The notes under the pieces are model-generated. The model made no database searches, had not been told where the DNA came from, and saw only the letters and a program-made list of their open reading frames with translations. The position numbers and the translations under genes are program-made. DNA of 64,000 bases. Source: Antedon mediterranea (taxonomy: Eukaryota; Animalia; Echinodermata). This document shows positions 1-12,468 of this stretch, one piece after another; within the stretch, counting starts at the first letter, position 1, and each line of letters begins with the position of its first letter. The DNA lies in NCBI RefSeq assembly GCF_964355755.1, contig NC_092674.1:28024001-28088000 (forward strand). Direction: 5' to 3'.

Positions 1-2
1 AG

Positions 3-98
3 GTGATCGGTTGTCTGGTCTTTGGATGTCTCATTGGTGTGTTAGGTGTGGTGCTTATACCTGTTGTCAACAAAGTTATCCACAACATGGTAGTCGAT
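3..98 (+). CDS. SCARB2: SCARB2-like exon 1 (partial, N-terminal transmembrane segment)
   Basis: VIGCLVFGCLIGVLGVVLIPVVNKVIHNMVVD then donor GTAAGT at 99. Confidence 0.85.
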
Positions 99-3000
99 GT
101 AAGTTGTAAAAAATATGATTTAAAAACCAGTGGCTTAACGCAGAGGCCTGAGGCCCCTGGTTTAGGAACCCTCAGGTGTTTTTTTTAGCCCTTTTCGACA
201 TATTTTAATGCCTTTTTTCCCTCTGGGCAGTTCTCAGTGGCCCTCATAATCTCTGGGGCCCCTAGCGCTCATAGCCGTAATTATGCTACTGTTAAAATGA
301 TGAGTCTTTGTAGGAATTTTTTTTTGTATAGCCCAAGCGAACAACAGCCATAAGTTGGATAATATAGTTGAATTGAATGGGGTGAATTTAAACTAATTGA
401 ACATCTAAAGCTCTATCTATACCCTCAAACATTATGTGACAAAAAATGTGATGTACCCACAATGATGTCATGTCACTGTACAGTATTTGGGCACATCAAA
501 CTTTTTTTGTCAAACTAGTTTGATAGTGTAGACAGAGTGATGCTATGCAAATGTACTGTAAAAGGTTTTATTTATAGTTATTTTTTTTTTACCTTAATTA
601 TGAATTTCTAACAAGAATCTTCAATAAAATTTCAACTATAAAAAGAAATTCTTAGAATGACACTACATTATGCTCATTTCTAATAAAATATGTTCATTAA
701 CCAAATTAGTAAATTATTAATTTCTTATTTTTTTAATAAACACATGAATCATTTTATATAATGTTAATTTCTGTTGTTGGCTTCTAAGCATTTGTTATTC
801 TTTCTTAACAGCAAATTGTTTTAAAGAATGGATCCACTGGTTATGATAACTGGATCAATGCCCCAGTACCCGTCTACGCTCAGTATTGGGTGTGGGATTG
901 TATAAACCACATGGAGGTGTTAGAAGGAGAAAAGCCTCACTTTGTTCAAAAAGGACCTTATACGTACAGGTATGTTATATTTGATTTTGTAACTATAATA
1001 ACGTATGTAGCCGAAATAAAAGTAAAAATAAATAACAAATGTTTAAAACTTTTAATTTATGTCCTTTTATACCTAGATATTTGATATTATGGTAGAAAAA
1101 CGACCTTACTGTAATAATAATAATGTGGTACAATACACAGGTCTCATTTTTTGCACAAAAAAAATTGTTAAATCATTTGTTTTTTTTATTTCACGTCCAA
1201 AAGCAAGCACATGACTCACCAAGAAAATGACTAATTTTGTCCAAGGTTTAACCTCAGGCCTTATCAATACGCCAATTTAAGGATTCAAGCTTTATCACTA
1301 ATATTTTGATATTTTCTTTTCTACCATGAACAATAGACCAGTTGATTTCCAGTTTTTTTTTATTCATAATTAACATTTCTATACAAGCATCTTTTCCTCA
1401 TAAAATCTTTAATAGTTGCCTTTGTCAAATGTCATATTACACTTAACATTAACAGGCACTATTAGAAAAGAACTGTGTGCCTATTATTCTTACTTTTACT
1501 TCCCTATGCATTGATCAAACTACTACTTCTAATACTGTATTGTAAATGATAACAGCCTTATACCGGAATTCCTATATAATTAATTTCTAGTTTAAAGTTC
1601 AGTAAAGTTTGTTGACACTTGTCAAACGTATCTTGTTTGTTAGTATGTTATTGGGTAATATTGTAGTTACCAAAAATATTAGCTCTATACACAGGCAAAT
1701 ATTAAACCAATAACTACTGTTTAAATAAACATTGCAGGTAGACAATGCATGAAATCCCTATCATAATATCAAGCAACAAGAATAACATTAACTTAATACT
1801 GATTCTGATATAAACCACCTCATACGCCCCTCTCCTTCAAGTAGTACCAAAATGTATGCAAAATTGTTTGTGTTGTGTATGATTCAGGCAACATATATTT
1901 ACATACAAATCTATTCTGTAGAAAAAAATTCAAGGTTTTATGGAAAAAATAACCATTTTACTGCTGGACTATGAGTCATCTTTGGGTGTAAAAGCTATCC
2001 CAAAATTTTCCCTTTTTCATATTTAAAGAGGTGGGCTACTGTACATACCAGTTAAACCTGATGTGTAAATTTGATAACCAATTTTACCACATTATTTTAC
2101 AGGGAGATGTGGCCGAAGGAAAACATAACATTTTATGACAACTACACAATTTCATACTTAGCACCGAAGACATATGTATTTGTACCAGAAATGTCCGTTG
2201 GAGATCCACAAGAGGACAAATTTACAACTTTAAACATTCCACTTATGGTAAGAAAAAGTTTTTGTCATACATTTAGGCTTCTACAAAGACAATGTAAGCA
2301 GAGGAGGAGCAAATAACATTAAGATATTCTTCAGCTCAGATTTCAGCTTTGTTTTAATACAAGTTTATCAGTGGCTATTGCACAATAATAACCTAACATT
2401 TGTTAAAATTAAATACAAGTTTTAACATTACATTGTTAAAAAGTTTATTCAAGTTACTCGCTGTTGGATGCGTATGAAAATAAAAAATATTTAAATATAT
2501 TTAAAAAACCTAAAATTCTGTATAATTGTTTTCAGACAATAGTGAATTTATTGCAATACGAGAGTGACCTCTTGCAAATGTTAATTGACCTGATGGCACG
2601 TGGTATTGGTTACGATACGTTTCTTGAGTTGTCCGTTCATGACATTCTGTGGGGATACAAAGACCCAGTACTCGAATTTGCTTTTAAGTTCAATCTGATG
2701 CCATCTCCCTATTTTGGTTTCTATGCTGGTGTAAGTATACCGTTATTTTAAAATGACCAACTTGGTCGAGATCTGCTCCATTTTATTCACATTGCTATTT
2801 TTTGATACAGTAGAATTTGATTAAAGAACAACTTCTTGACCCAACACATAGATACTAATTTTATTTTATTTTATTTTATTTAATATACTGACTGTAGTGT
2901 TAAAAGATCATTTCCTTGTTCACTTGGGAAAGTACCACCTTCATAGTGTGTCCAAAAGGAACGGTCATACTAAAGCCTTGTCTACACAATCAAACTTTAT

Positions 3001-6000
3001 TTAACAAAAAATTGTGATGTGGCCAAGTACATGACATTATATCACTACTATGTTTGAGCATATCACTACCATATTTGGGCACATTCCTCTTTTTTGTCAA
3101 ACTAGTTTGATAGTGTACACAGAGCTTTACTTGTGATCATTGTTTCTGTTTGATAAATGAAAGTGTGTGTTATTATGAAACTAGTTGTAATATTACACAT
3201 TGATGCTTTAAAGATTGAATAGTAGGGAGGTTTCGCAACCTTACGAATACGATAACGAAAACGGATATGTCATACATTTGTGAAACTTTTGAGCTGATCC
3301 CCATTTCATATTCGTAAAGCGTATTCGTGTTGACTACAAAACGAGTATAGTTTTTGATCTATTTTGCACATTTTGCATTTGAATCAGGAATGATTCATGA
3401 TTATAATATAATTATAGATTTATTGAAAGTAATTTACTAAAGTAATTTACTAAAATGCCAAGTCAATTTTGATAAATAGCAGTTTTTAAAGTCCTCACTC
3501 GCTTTGATGTTACGCTAGGCCTAGGCAGCCAAGCACCAAGCAACACGTACCTGCGCTTCGCTCAAATTTATTGCAGTCATATTTTGGACGCGCCTCAATA
3601 TTTCGTTGCCATGCGAAACAGATTTTTTTGTGGCTTACGAAAACGAATACGTGTGCGTGACGTATCCGTTTTCGTTATCGTATTCGTAAGATTGCGAAAC
3701 CTCTCTAATAATTGATTGATCACTTATTTCAGAATACAAATTCCATATATACAACAAACAATACAAAACGTATAATCAAACTAAAATAGGATCTTCTCCC
3801 ATTTTGTGAAGAGATCTGAAGGTCATACAAGATAGTTCATAGTACACCTAACAAGATCATTTTCACTTTTCAAAACCTTTATCCTAAAACCATAGAAAAA
3901 TGTGAACACTTCTATGTACTTACTGACCAAACTTGTCTTTTGTAACAAATCTGTAAACAGAAAACATCATGTAGCGAAATTCACAGTTTTGTTTTGTTGT
4001 AGAAAAACGGTACAAATGATGGAGAATATGTGATATATTCAGGAGAAGATGACGTACAGAAAGTGAACAAGATTTTCACTTATAAGGGGTCAACGTCTTT
4101 AGACTTTTGGAGTGATGAATATGCAAATATGCTAAATGGAACAGGTGAGATTAACAATAGTCCAGACATTGGAAGTTAGCAGTCCTGGCTATTGTTGGAT
4201 GACGATTTTAACAATTGGTAAAATTCCTGGTTGGTTCCCACTGGAATGCTATGCAGGTTTCCCGTTTTCTAAAGCCTAGTAGTCTACACTATCAAACTAT
4301 GACAAAAATAGTGTGACGTGTACAAATATGGTAGTGATAGGACATCATCCTGCCCATATATGGGCACATCACTTTTTTTGTCACATAAAGTTTGATAGTG
4401 TGGACAGGGCTTTACTCTTGCTTCATTATTGAAATAGAGTCTTTCAATAAAATATTTGCCTCATTTAACTCATAAACATTCATTATTGTTATATATTTGG
4501 TTTGTTTGTATTTTAATATTTAATAATAATATTTAATATTTTTGATTAATATAGATCATTGCTCATGGCGCTGTGGACTTTTGTTACACTTTTCAACTAC
4601 ATGCTTCTTCCCTAGTGGTCATGTCATGTCAGTGCTGTCAATTCTAGCAATTAATTTATCTTTCCACGACAGTAGATGTGTGAGCTAGTACACCGGGGTA
4701 AACCCCCTACTCATCTCGAAAGACGTACTATGTGCACATGAGCATTTTGTGTACACTAGACCTATGGTTTATAGTCATTATCTGAGAAGACTTCGATTAT
4801 GTATCTATCTCTTTTATTTATAATTGTTCTCTTTTTTAAAGATGGAAGCCTCAATCCTCCTTTTGTGAAAAAAGACCAAAAACTCTGGTTATTCTCATCA
4901 GATATTTGCAGGTAAAAAACTAACAACTATTATTGTGTTAAGTTTTATATAGATTTATATTTCCTTTATGCAGTCTTTATTACAATATGAACAAAAATAA
5001 ATTAATAAATTCTTTCTTTCAGGTCTGCATACTTAATCTACGATAAAGAATATAAATATCAGAATATCAAATTGTATCGATTTGTGGTTCCACCTGAGCT
5101 GTATGCAAATGTGTCCATGAATCCAGATAACGCTGGCTTTTGTACCCCTACTATAGCTAACTGCTTACCTGGCGGTTTACTCAATGGCAGCTCATGTCAA
5201 CAAGGTAGGTAACAGGTTACTGTGTGGAGATCATAGAGATAGTATTAAAATACTAGAGAGTTAACTCCAAAACAATCGCCTCTCAAAAAACATTCATGAC
5301 GAGGGACCATCAAGTATTGCTGCGTCACATCAGCTAATTAGATATGCCAATTTGCCGCCGCCATGCCCACAACTCGGTTATGCATCACTACATCTGTGTT
5401 TGTTATCACAGAAATAATTAATTCAGGGGTCCTAAAATATTTGAGGTTATTATTTTTATATAGATAAGTAAACCGATATATGGCATCCTTTTTTAGGATT
5501 TTTGTTCAGTTTGCGTCATGTTGTTGTGTAGTTCTAGTAGATTAATAGCATATTAGTTAAATGCAATATATATCTAAAGAGTAGAGATTGTCTTATCAGC
5601 ATCTCATAAAGTCCATCACCTTTGCTGCCATATCTTTAATGTTATGTACTAATGTCATCACCATCTTTTCTTTTTGCAGGTGCACCAGTTGTCTTTTCAC
5701 TTCCACATTTCTTGTATGCAGATCAAGTGGTTCATGACATGGTCGGTGGAATGAATCCGTCGAAGGAAGAACACCAGATTCTCTTTGATGCCGAACCTGT
5801 AAGGGTTTCTATGTTTCTTTTTCAACAATTTGATCAATTTTGATACTGAATTGGATCAAAATTTAAATTTAAGTTCCTGTGTTTTTAAAACTACACCAAG
5901 CTAATTCTAAGTGTATAGTGTGAATGGACACCTGGAATTGAAAGCACGATTTGAACCCATGACCCTGTGTTTGGTAAGCAAACATGTTAACCACCTCCAA

Positions 6001-9000
6001 GTTTCAGACTAGCATGACAACTTTCTTCTAAAGCTCTGTCCACACTATCAAATTTTATGTAGCAACAAATTCTGATGTGCCCAGATATGGACACAATGAT
6101 GTCATATCATTACCATCTTTTGGCACATCACACTTTTTTTGTCAAACTAGTTTGATAGTGTAGACAGAGCTTTACACAAGTGGCTTGGTTCTTCTGTGCT
6201 TGTATATTGAAAATTTATTTAATAATTGTTTTAATTTATTTTCTAACCTACATTTCATTTCCCTTTAGCTGACAGGTGCATCATTATTTGTCGACAAAAG
6301 AATCCAAATTAACATTCATACTCAGCCATATCCACACATTGCGTAAGTTCATCACCATTTCCGTTATAATAATTTCGGTTTGTTTCTGAATTCAATTTGT
6401 TTCTTTTTATAGCTAACTGGTGCCTCTTTTTTTGTGGATAAAAGAGTGCAAATTAATATTGATACAAAACCCTATCCAGAGATTTCGTAAGTTCTGCATG
6501 AAGAACATTTTCATGCATCTGGTTCAAAACATTCATATTGTCTTTCGTAACAAATTACTTACATTTACTTATTTTTGTAGAATCTTTACATATATTTTTT
6601 TCCTTTAAAATTAATATTTCTGGTATGATTTCTTCCTTGAATTTCTTCTCTTAAATCTGCCTACACTATCAAACTAGTTTGACAAAAAAAATGATGTGCC
6701 TTAATATGGTAGTGATATGCCCAATATGGTAGTGATATGCCCAAGTATGATAGGGATATGCCCATGTATGGTAGTAATATGCCCAAGTATGGTAGTGATA
6801 TGCCCAAGTATGGTGGTGATATGCCTAAGTATGGTAGTGATATGACATCATCATTTCCATATATGGGCACATCACATTTTTTTGTCGCATAAAGCTTGGT
6901 AGTGTATTTAAGTAGTATATCAAATTGACCAACTAGATCTCATTTGTAAATGCATACTATCAAGAGCCTATTCTATGATACAAAACAGAGTTAAAAATAC
7001 CAACCAATCAGATTTTAAAATTCCATGAAAGACCCACATAGCTATGGTATCATTATATCAGAGAACCCAAAGTTTGATTCAAGCGTTTGATGCCTATTTT
7101 CACTTTCACATATATATATTGTTTCACACATTTTACATCATCATTATTTTAGGATAATTGGTCAGACGGTTTGACCACTTTGACGTAATTTTTACTTCAT
7201 ACTAAGTACATTGAGAATACTTGCGAAAAAGTATGCAAGTAATTCTCGAGTGGGACTCGAATCCACGACCTCCAAATCATTAGCCTGGCGTTCATACCTC
7301 TAGACTTGCGCTGATGGCTAGGGGTTAGATTCGAGTCCAAGTAAGCAGCGGGTACTGCACTAACAGGGTTGTAATTGTTGTAACTACTATGAAGAAGAGT
7401 AGGGCCAAAAATCTGACCAATTACCCTGACGCTGAGCTACTCCACAGTAGTTGGAACAATTACAATCCTATTTTAGGATAGACAACATTTTGGATAAACA
7501 ACATTTTGGTCTATACTAGTACTCTAACTCTCTTCTCTCTTGGAATAATACAAGAAAACATTTATTATATATGGCCTTTGGCCCAAATAATATATAATGT
7601 AACAAATATACAAATAACATTAGAGTGCGTTTAAGAATTCTGTTTTATGTTTAAATTATGTTTTAAAAAATAAATAGTTTCCAAGCTTAGTAGTGAGATC
7701 AGTATTTGTAGTAGACATATGATAAATATATTTTAATTTAGTTGGGTTATTTGTATAAAATGAAAACATATATTTAGTTCTAATATCTGAATAAAAGGGA
7801 CAAACTAATTTGAAGTGATATTCATCTTCAATTAATTGTAGAGAACATAATTTGCATATTCTTTCATTTCTATTAATACAATTCCATCTTTTTCTAGTGA
7901 CTAGTTCTAATATTCCTAGTCTTAGTTTAGTCATAATTCATCTATGTTTGTAATTTGTTATTTTAATTATTAAATTTGTTATTTTAAGTATTAAACAGTA
8001 CCATCAGTGCTCTAATATCGAGCCTTCAAACTAGTGTTAATGTTATTGTGTTAAACTTGAAAGAATACAATAGACTCACTGCATCCATGCTATATGTTCA
8101 CTGCGTCCATGCAATGTTCATAATTAATTATTTGGAATTGTCATACTGAAGAATGTAACAGATTCTGTAACAGTCTTTAGTACTATTATGCTAATATTTA
8201 CATATACATATTGTGGTATTTACCTCACTACACTATGTAGTGTTTTATTCTCATGTTAATTGTCATATAAACATTGTACATTCACAAACATTACATATTT
8301 TGTTTACTAAGGTCATGATTGTGGTGATAAAATAAAATAATAATAATTTGGGTTATGAGGTTAGTTCTAATTTCCTTTGATGTTAATTGGCTATTTTGAA
8401 TGATTGAATTATTATCTATGTATCTTTGGTAACAACATGTGAAGGACAATATTCTTTTATTTATGCAAACAGTATTAAAGATTTTCTGTTATCTTTTTTA
8501 GGTTTTTGAAAGACTTTCCAAAATCATTTTTTCCAATATTGTGGTTAAATGAGGTAAATATTTTATATGAATATATTATACTTAGTTAATGGGTTATTTA
8601 ATTTGAAAATTTGTCATTAAAAGCAATTTTTTCGATTCTCTACATTATTGGTTAGCATTTCCTTGATTAATATTTTTTGGGTGTATTCACCAATCACACT
8701 TAGCCAAGGGAAACACCCTTAAAATTTGAAACTTCTTTTATCTATTGTAAATGCCAAACATATTGATTAAATTAGGCTAAATACTTAGTATTTATTCTTC
8801 TCTTAATTTAAATTTGTAAAGGCAATCCCATCACAAGATTCTTATCTTTTTGGGATTTGCCTTCGTCCATTTTCTTGTATTATCGCTCGCCATTTTGTTT
8901 TTGTTACTTTTGTCTTCAGGACGTGAATAAATGTGAATTGAATTGAATTTAAAGGAACTGTATTTTAAATGGTGAATACGTCCACTGGCTCTACCACTTT

Positions 9001-9706
9001 GGCTGTTTTTTCTCATGACCAAAAATAAAAGAACTAACCAAGCCTCATTTTGAATCCTGTATATTATACTGAGATAAGAAAATATCTTTGTTTTGTTTCA
9101 GAGTGCATCAGCTACTGATAAAGTAGTTCACGATTTCAAACATCAGGTTCAGACGCCCCAGACGGCTGCCACGGCAGTTGAGTATGGGCTTCTATCAATA
9201 GGAGTTCTATTAGTTATTGTCATGATCTTCGTGCTCATTCGAAGACGACAGGTAACTGCACCACTCAAATTAAACATTAATGTACGTATTTGCATCATTT
9301 TCGTTTATTTTCTTGCCATTTCCTTTTCATTAATGACATCTGCTTTCTGTTTTTAAACAAAATTTATTTAAACAACATTAATTTTAATTAATATTTAATT
9401 TGTTATTTTTCTTGCATTATTTTATTTTAAAGTATCATCCATCACAGATTTGTAAAGCTCTGTGTACACTATCAAACTAGTTTGACGAAAACAGTGTGAT
9501 GTGCACAAATATGGTAGTGATATTCCTAAATATGGTAGTGATATGACATTATCATGACCATATATGGGCACATTTTTTTTGTCACATAAAGTTTGATAGT
9601 GTGGACAGAGCTTAAGAAACACACAATTTAAAATAAAAATGTTTGAATTTTTTTTTAGGAGAAAACCACGGATGAAACTAAACCTTTGCTAGCCGGTACC
9701 ACGTAA
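3..9706 (+). CDS. SCARB2: CD36-family scavenger receptor class B, lysosome membrane protein 2 (LIMP-2)-like; 12 coding exons, 5' end truncated by window edge
   Basis: Manual splice, all GT-AG and in frame (1431 nt incl. stop): 3-98, 812-969, 2103-2247, 2536-2730, 4003-4144, 4842-4911, 5023-5204, 5680-5798, 6269-6342, 8502-8553, 9102-9251, 9659-9706. CD36 motifs QKGPYTYRE, ILWGYKDP, NGTDG, SDICRS, SLPHFLYAD, PILWLNE; N- and C-terminal hydrophobic segments; tail DETKPLL fits the [DE]xxxL[LI] lysosomal signal of LIMP-2. Orthology versus SCARB1/CD36 not tested. Confidence 0.9.
128..291. mobile_element. hAT-like MITE (CAGTGGC...CTACTG ends); related decayed copy at about 27258-27412
   Basis: Imperfect TIR cagtggcttaa / ttatgctactg; flanks ttaaaaac and ttaaaatg resemble a decayed 8-bp TSD. 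Confidence 0.5.
812..969 (+). CDS. SCARB2: SCARB2-like exon 2
   Basis: ttaacag|QIVLKNGSTGYDNW...QKGPYTYR|gtatgt. Confidence 0.93.
2103..2247 (+). CDS. SCARB2: SCARB2-like exon 3
   Basis: tttacag|EMWPKENITF...TLNIPLM|gtaaga. Confidence 0.93.
2536..2730 (+). CDS. SCARB2: SCARB2-like exon 4
   Basis: tttcag|TIVNLL...ILWGYKDP...FGFYAG|gtaagt. Confidence 0.93.
3224..3706. mobile_element. MITE with ~50-bp TIRs in SCARB2 intron 4
   Basis: agggaggtttcgcaaccttacgaatacgataacgaaaacggata ... tatccgttttcgttatcgtattcgtaagattgcgaaacctctct. Confidence 0.8.
4003..4144 (+). CDS. SCARB2: SCARB2-like exon 5 (absent from ORF track)
   Basis: ttgtag|KNGTNDGEYVIYSG...FWSDEYANMLNGT|gtgaga. Confidence 0.92.
4640..4795 (-). 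mobile_element. Deu/Nin-domain SINE fragment
   Basis: Reverse strand reads gtcttctcagataatgactataaaccataggtc...gagtagggggtttaccccggtgt, resembling the conserved Deu/Nin SINE central domain as I recall it. Confidence 0.5.
4842..4911 (+). CDS. SCARB2: SCARB2-like exon 6
   Basis: tttaaag|DGSLNPPFVKKDQKLWLFSSDICR|gtaaaa. Confidence 0.92.
5023..5204 (+). CDS. SCARB2: SCARB2-like exon 7
   Basis: tttcag|SAYLIYD...NPDNAGFC...CLPGGLLNGSSCQQG|gtaggt. Confidence 0.93.
5680..5798 (+). CDS. SCARB2: SCARB2-like exon 8
   Basis: ttgcag|APVVFSLPHFLYAD...FDAEP|gtaagg. Confidence 0.93.
5930..6000 (-). mobile_element. tRNA-derived SINE head fragment
   Basis: Reverse strand has ggtggttaa...gggttcaaatc (A/B-box-like). 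Confidence 0.4.
6269..6342 (+). CDS. SCARB2: SCARB2-like exon 9
   Basis: ctttag|LTGASLFVDKRIQIN...HIA|gtaagt. Confidence 0.92.
6655..6908. mobile_element. MITE-1 copy with internal 21-bp tandem expansion
   Basis: About 6-7 units of ggtagtgatatgcccaagtat inside the MITE-1 body. Confidence 0.75.
7150..7475 (-). mobile_element. SINE-like element with tRNA-like segment
   Basis: gtgggactcgaatccacgacc (reverse B-box region) at about 7250 and an inverted partial copy ttcgagtcca at about 7330; boundaries uncertain. Confidence 0.35.
7555..7960 (-). mobile_element. non-LTR retrotransposon 3' fragment (ORF2 C-terminal CCHC knuckle, RTE-X-like)
   Basis: ORF 7656-7934: TKLRL...RW...ERICKLC...IEDEYHF...CPFYSDIR, followed by a short 3' UTR and AATAAA. 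Confidence 0.75.
8502..8553 (+). CDS. SCARB2: SCARB2-like exon 10
   Basis: ttttag|FLKDFPKSFFPILWLNE|gtaaat. Confidence 0.92.
9102..9251 (+). CDS. SCARB2: SCARB2-like exon 11 (C-terminal transmembrane helix); alternative in-frame donor at 9281
   Basis: tttcag|SASATDK...YGLLSIGVLLVIVMIFVLIRRRQ|gtaact; second donor gtacgt after 9281. Confidence 0.85.
9659..9706 (+). CDS. SCARB2: SCARB2-like terminal exon with dileucine sorting motif
   Basis: ttttag|EKTTDETKPLLAGTT-TAA. Confidence 0.85.
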   Translation, partial: EKTTDETKPLLAGTT

Positions 9707-11078
9707 TGACGGGAATGATTTGAATAAAAAAAAAGCCATCTGATTGGTTAAAAGTATTACTTAAAAAAAGAATAACATCTGATACTCAGTTGATGATTTA
9801 ATAGCTTTATCAGATATTTTTAGTTAAAGTAAAGATTTTGGATAATTCTTTATTTGTATTTCAAGGTGTTCTAACAAATATATTCCTCCGATCAAAAAGG
9901 TGTGATCTTGCATGTTCTACACTTGTTTTGTCATTACACAATGTGAAACTGGATTATGATCCACGTGATCAACAATGAGTAAAGCTCTGTCCACACTATA
10001 AAACTTTATTTTACAACAAAATGTGATGTGCCCATATATGAACATGATAATGTAATATCACTACCATGTTTGGGCACATCACACATTTTTGTTGAATCTA
10101 GTTTGATAGTGTAGAAAGAGCTCTATACAATATGAAACTGGATTAGGTTCCACATGTTGATGACTGGAGATGTCAGTCATGTGAGAAAAATAGATTTTGA
10201 TGATTTCATAATGTAGTTCCCAGATACGTGTTTCTTTCTTATTTTTTATATTATACATATAAGTACACAGGAGCCTAGAGTTCGTAGGATAAATCTACTC
10301 AGAAAATTACTTTTAAATATGTACAACAATTAAAAACACATAAGAATCATTGCATGCAATCGGTGTTCTATTTATCATGTGACAACCATCACTAATTGTG
10401 TAACTGTTAGTATCTTGTCGTAAGTCAAGTATATTTTTGGGTTGGAAACAATTACTTGGCAAAAACTGTATTGTATTGTATTGTTTTGCAATATAAAAGC
10501 ATTGTCGTGCAACAATGATTCCATGTCAAATGTCATTGGTTTTATAGTAGTGATATTACTTAAAATACCTCAATCACTAAATGTAAATACATAGTTAATT
10601 TTGAAGAAAAGATAGGGTTAGTTATAGTGTGCTCTCCAAATCCAGAAAACAAGAATGTCTCTCTAAGACATACACACAAAAAACTCTCCCTTAAGGTCCC
10701 AACTCTTATTAGTTTAAAGACGAAATATGTCTTTTAGGATTTATGGATTATTGTAAAAAAAAAAAAGAATGTATTTTATTTTTTTGCATTTCTGATAATT
10801 TATTTAGAATATAATATTATTTAATTTTGTTTTACTTTCAGTATTTTAGGGAAAAACAAATTTATACCTGATTCACATATACAGCATAAAAGTTACATGA
10901 TATTTTCCAAGATCTAAGAAATTGAATTATGCTTTCACACCTAATATAAAAATATGCGTTACATTTTGTTTGGTTTTTGTATGTGTATCGAGTATTAATA
11001 TGTAGTGTGTTCTATTAATAATTTGCTATTTGTGTTTTGTAGACAGGTTTTTCAAATGCTATAGTATTAAATTACTAA

Positions 11079-11125
11079 AATAAAATGTGATAAGATTTCT
11101 TATGATTTGTTGTTTTGTTTCAAAT
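11079..11125 (+). terminator. candidate polyadenylation signal of the SCARB2-like gene
   Basis: AATAAA at 11079 followed about 25 nt later by a GT-rich tract; other AATAAA candidates near 9723 and 12173. Confidence 0.3.
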
Positions 11126-12269
11126 TGATAATTATATGCTTTTATATGATACATGATATTAACTTGTAAACACCAATTCAGGATTTTACAGGGGGTAAGC
11201 GCTGCGGTCTAGTGGGCCAAATACTGAGGAAAGTGTTGTTCTTGGCCTAGCCTAGTAAAGGCTGGTTAGGTAAGATTGCCCGAAATAGTGTCATGAGCTA
11301 GGCATATTTACTGGCACTTTCACTGCTGATCTCTAGTTTCAAAGGGTCACTTTAAAAAAAGTGGGGTTTGTCTGAACCTAGACTTGCCCCAAGTCTGTAG
11401 TTATTTCGAGGCTTTTCGAAGTTTTTCTGAAATACAAGCAGTACACGTATGAAATGCCGTATGTGCTAAACTATTTATCTTTTAAATAATATTAAGTCAG
11501 ATTCCAGACAAGTTTGAACCAAACAAATCTGTCACAGTCTATGGGCTTGAATGGTGAATTTTCACCTGGGATGAAAATATGTTGGTGTTGCACAACAATC
11601 ATTAACTAATATTTGAATTTAGCATATGAAAAAAGTACTGGATTGATTGTTTAACGATTTATCTAGGGAATGACGTAATCATATTTTGAAAACTATGCCG
11701 GCTAGCAAGAAACATATACATTGATAAAATCTCAGCAAATTGCAGTAATTAAACCTTTTTTTTTTTTAAATATACATCATATATTCTCTGACAAGTAATT
11801 ACTGCTGTATACATTTTCTAAGAGAAATTTATCATTTTATAATTATCATTCTTTGATTATAACTGTGATATGTCATGCAAAAAATTAAAAACTCGTAAAT
11901 TGATAATTCTCAAAGGCAATAACTTAAAAACATCTGTTGTGTAATTATTATGAGGATTGCTAGTTCAGCAGTTTCTAGGTAAGTCATATAACACAATTTA
12001 GGAGCTGTACACTATTATACTCTTGTAATTATGTTATTTCGGACATTTAACTGTTTCATAGGCCTTAATGTGGTTTTTCTTCGTTTAACTTTGTTTATGT
12101 GAATTATCATTTTCATATGTAAGCTCTTCATTTCAACTATGAGTTGTATTTTGAGTCTTTTTATACCGATTAAATAAAAAAATAAAATAAAAATAAAATA
12201 ATCAAGATTTCCGTGCTAAATTTTGCTATATGAAACCATTACAAAGTTTTCAATTAGTTCAAGAAAATT

Positions 12270-12375
12270 GTACGTTCTGATTGGCTAAATGTTTTTATAA
12301 TGAAAATTCGTTGAGGGCGCAAACAAAGAAGACGACGACTGTTTAATGAAGACTATCACATAAATATGGCTGCGC
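12270..12375 (+). promoter_or_regulatory. putative DHRSX proximal promoter
   Basis: Reverse CCAAT box (TGATTGGCT, ATTGG at 12280), local CpG enrichment, and YY1-like AATATGGCTGC overlapping the ATG at 12366. Confidence 0.45.
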
Positions 12376-12468
12376 TCTTGAGAGAGTTCTGTACAATTTT
12401 ACATGTACATTTGATCGCTGTTTTTGATTTAATTCGACAACTTTTTACACCACATTGTTATGCAAAAG
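12366..12468 (+). CDS. DHRSX: DHRSX-like exon 1
   Basis: [34 protein letters not shown], phase-1 donor gttaaa (weak) joins exon 2 in frame. Confidence 0.7.

Noticed and set aside
6661-6870. Short ORFs such as [16 protein letters not shown] (also 9422, 20242, 40470, 45642)
   Set aside because: Chance translations of the non-coding MITE-1 family
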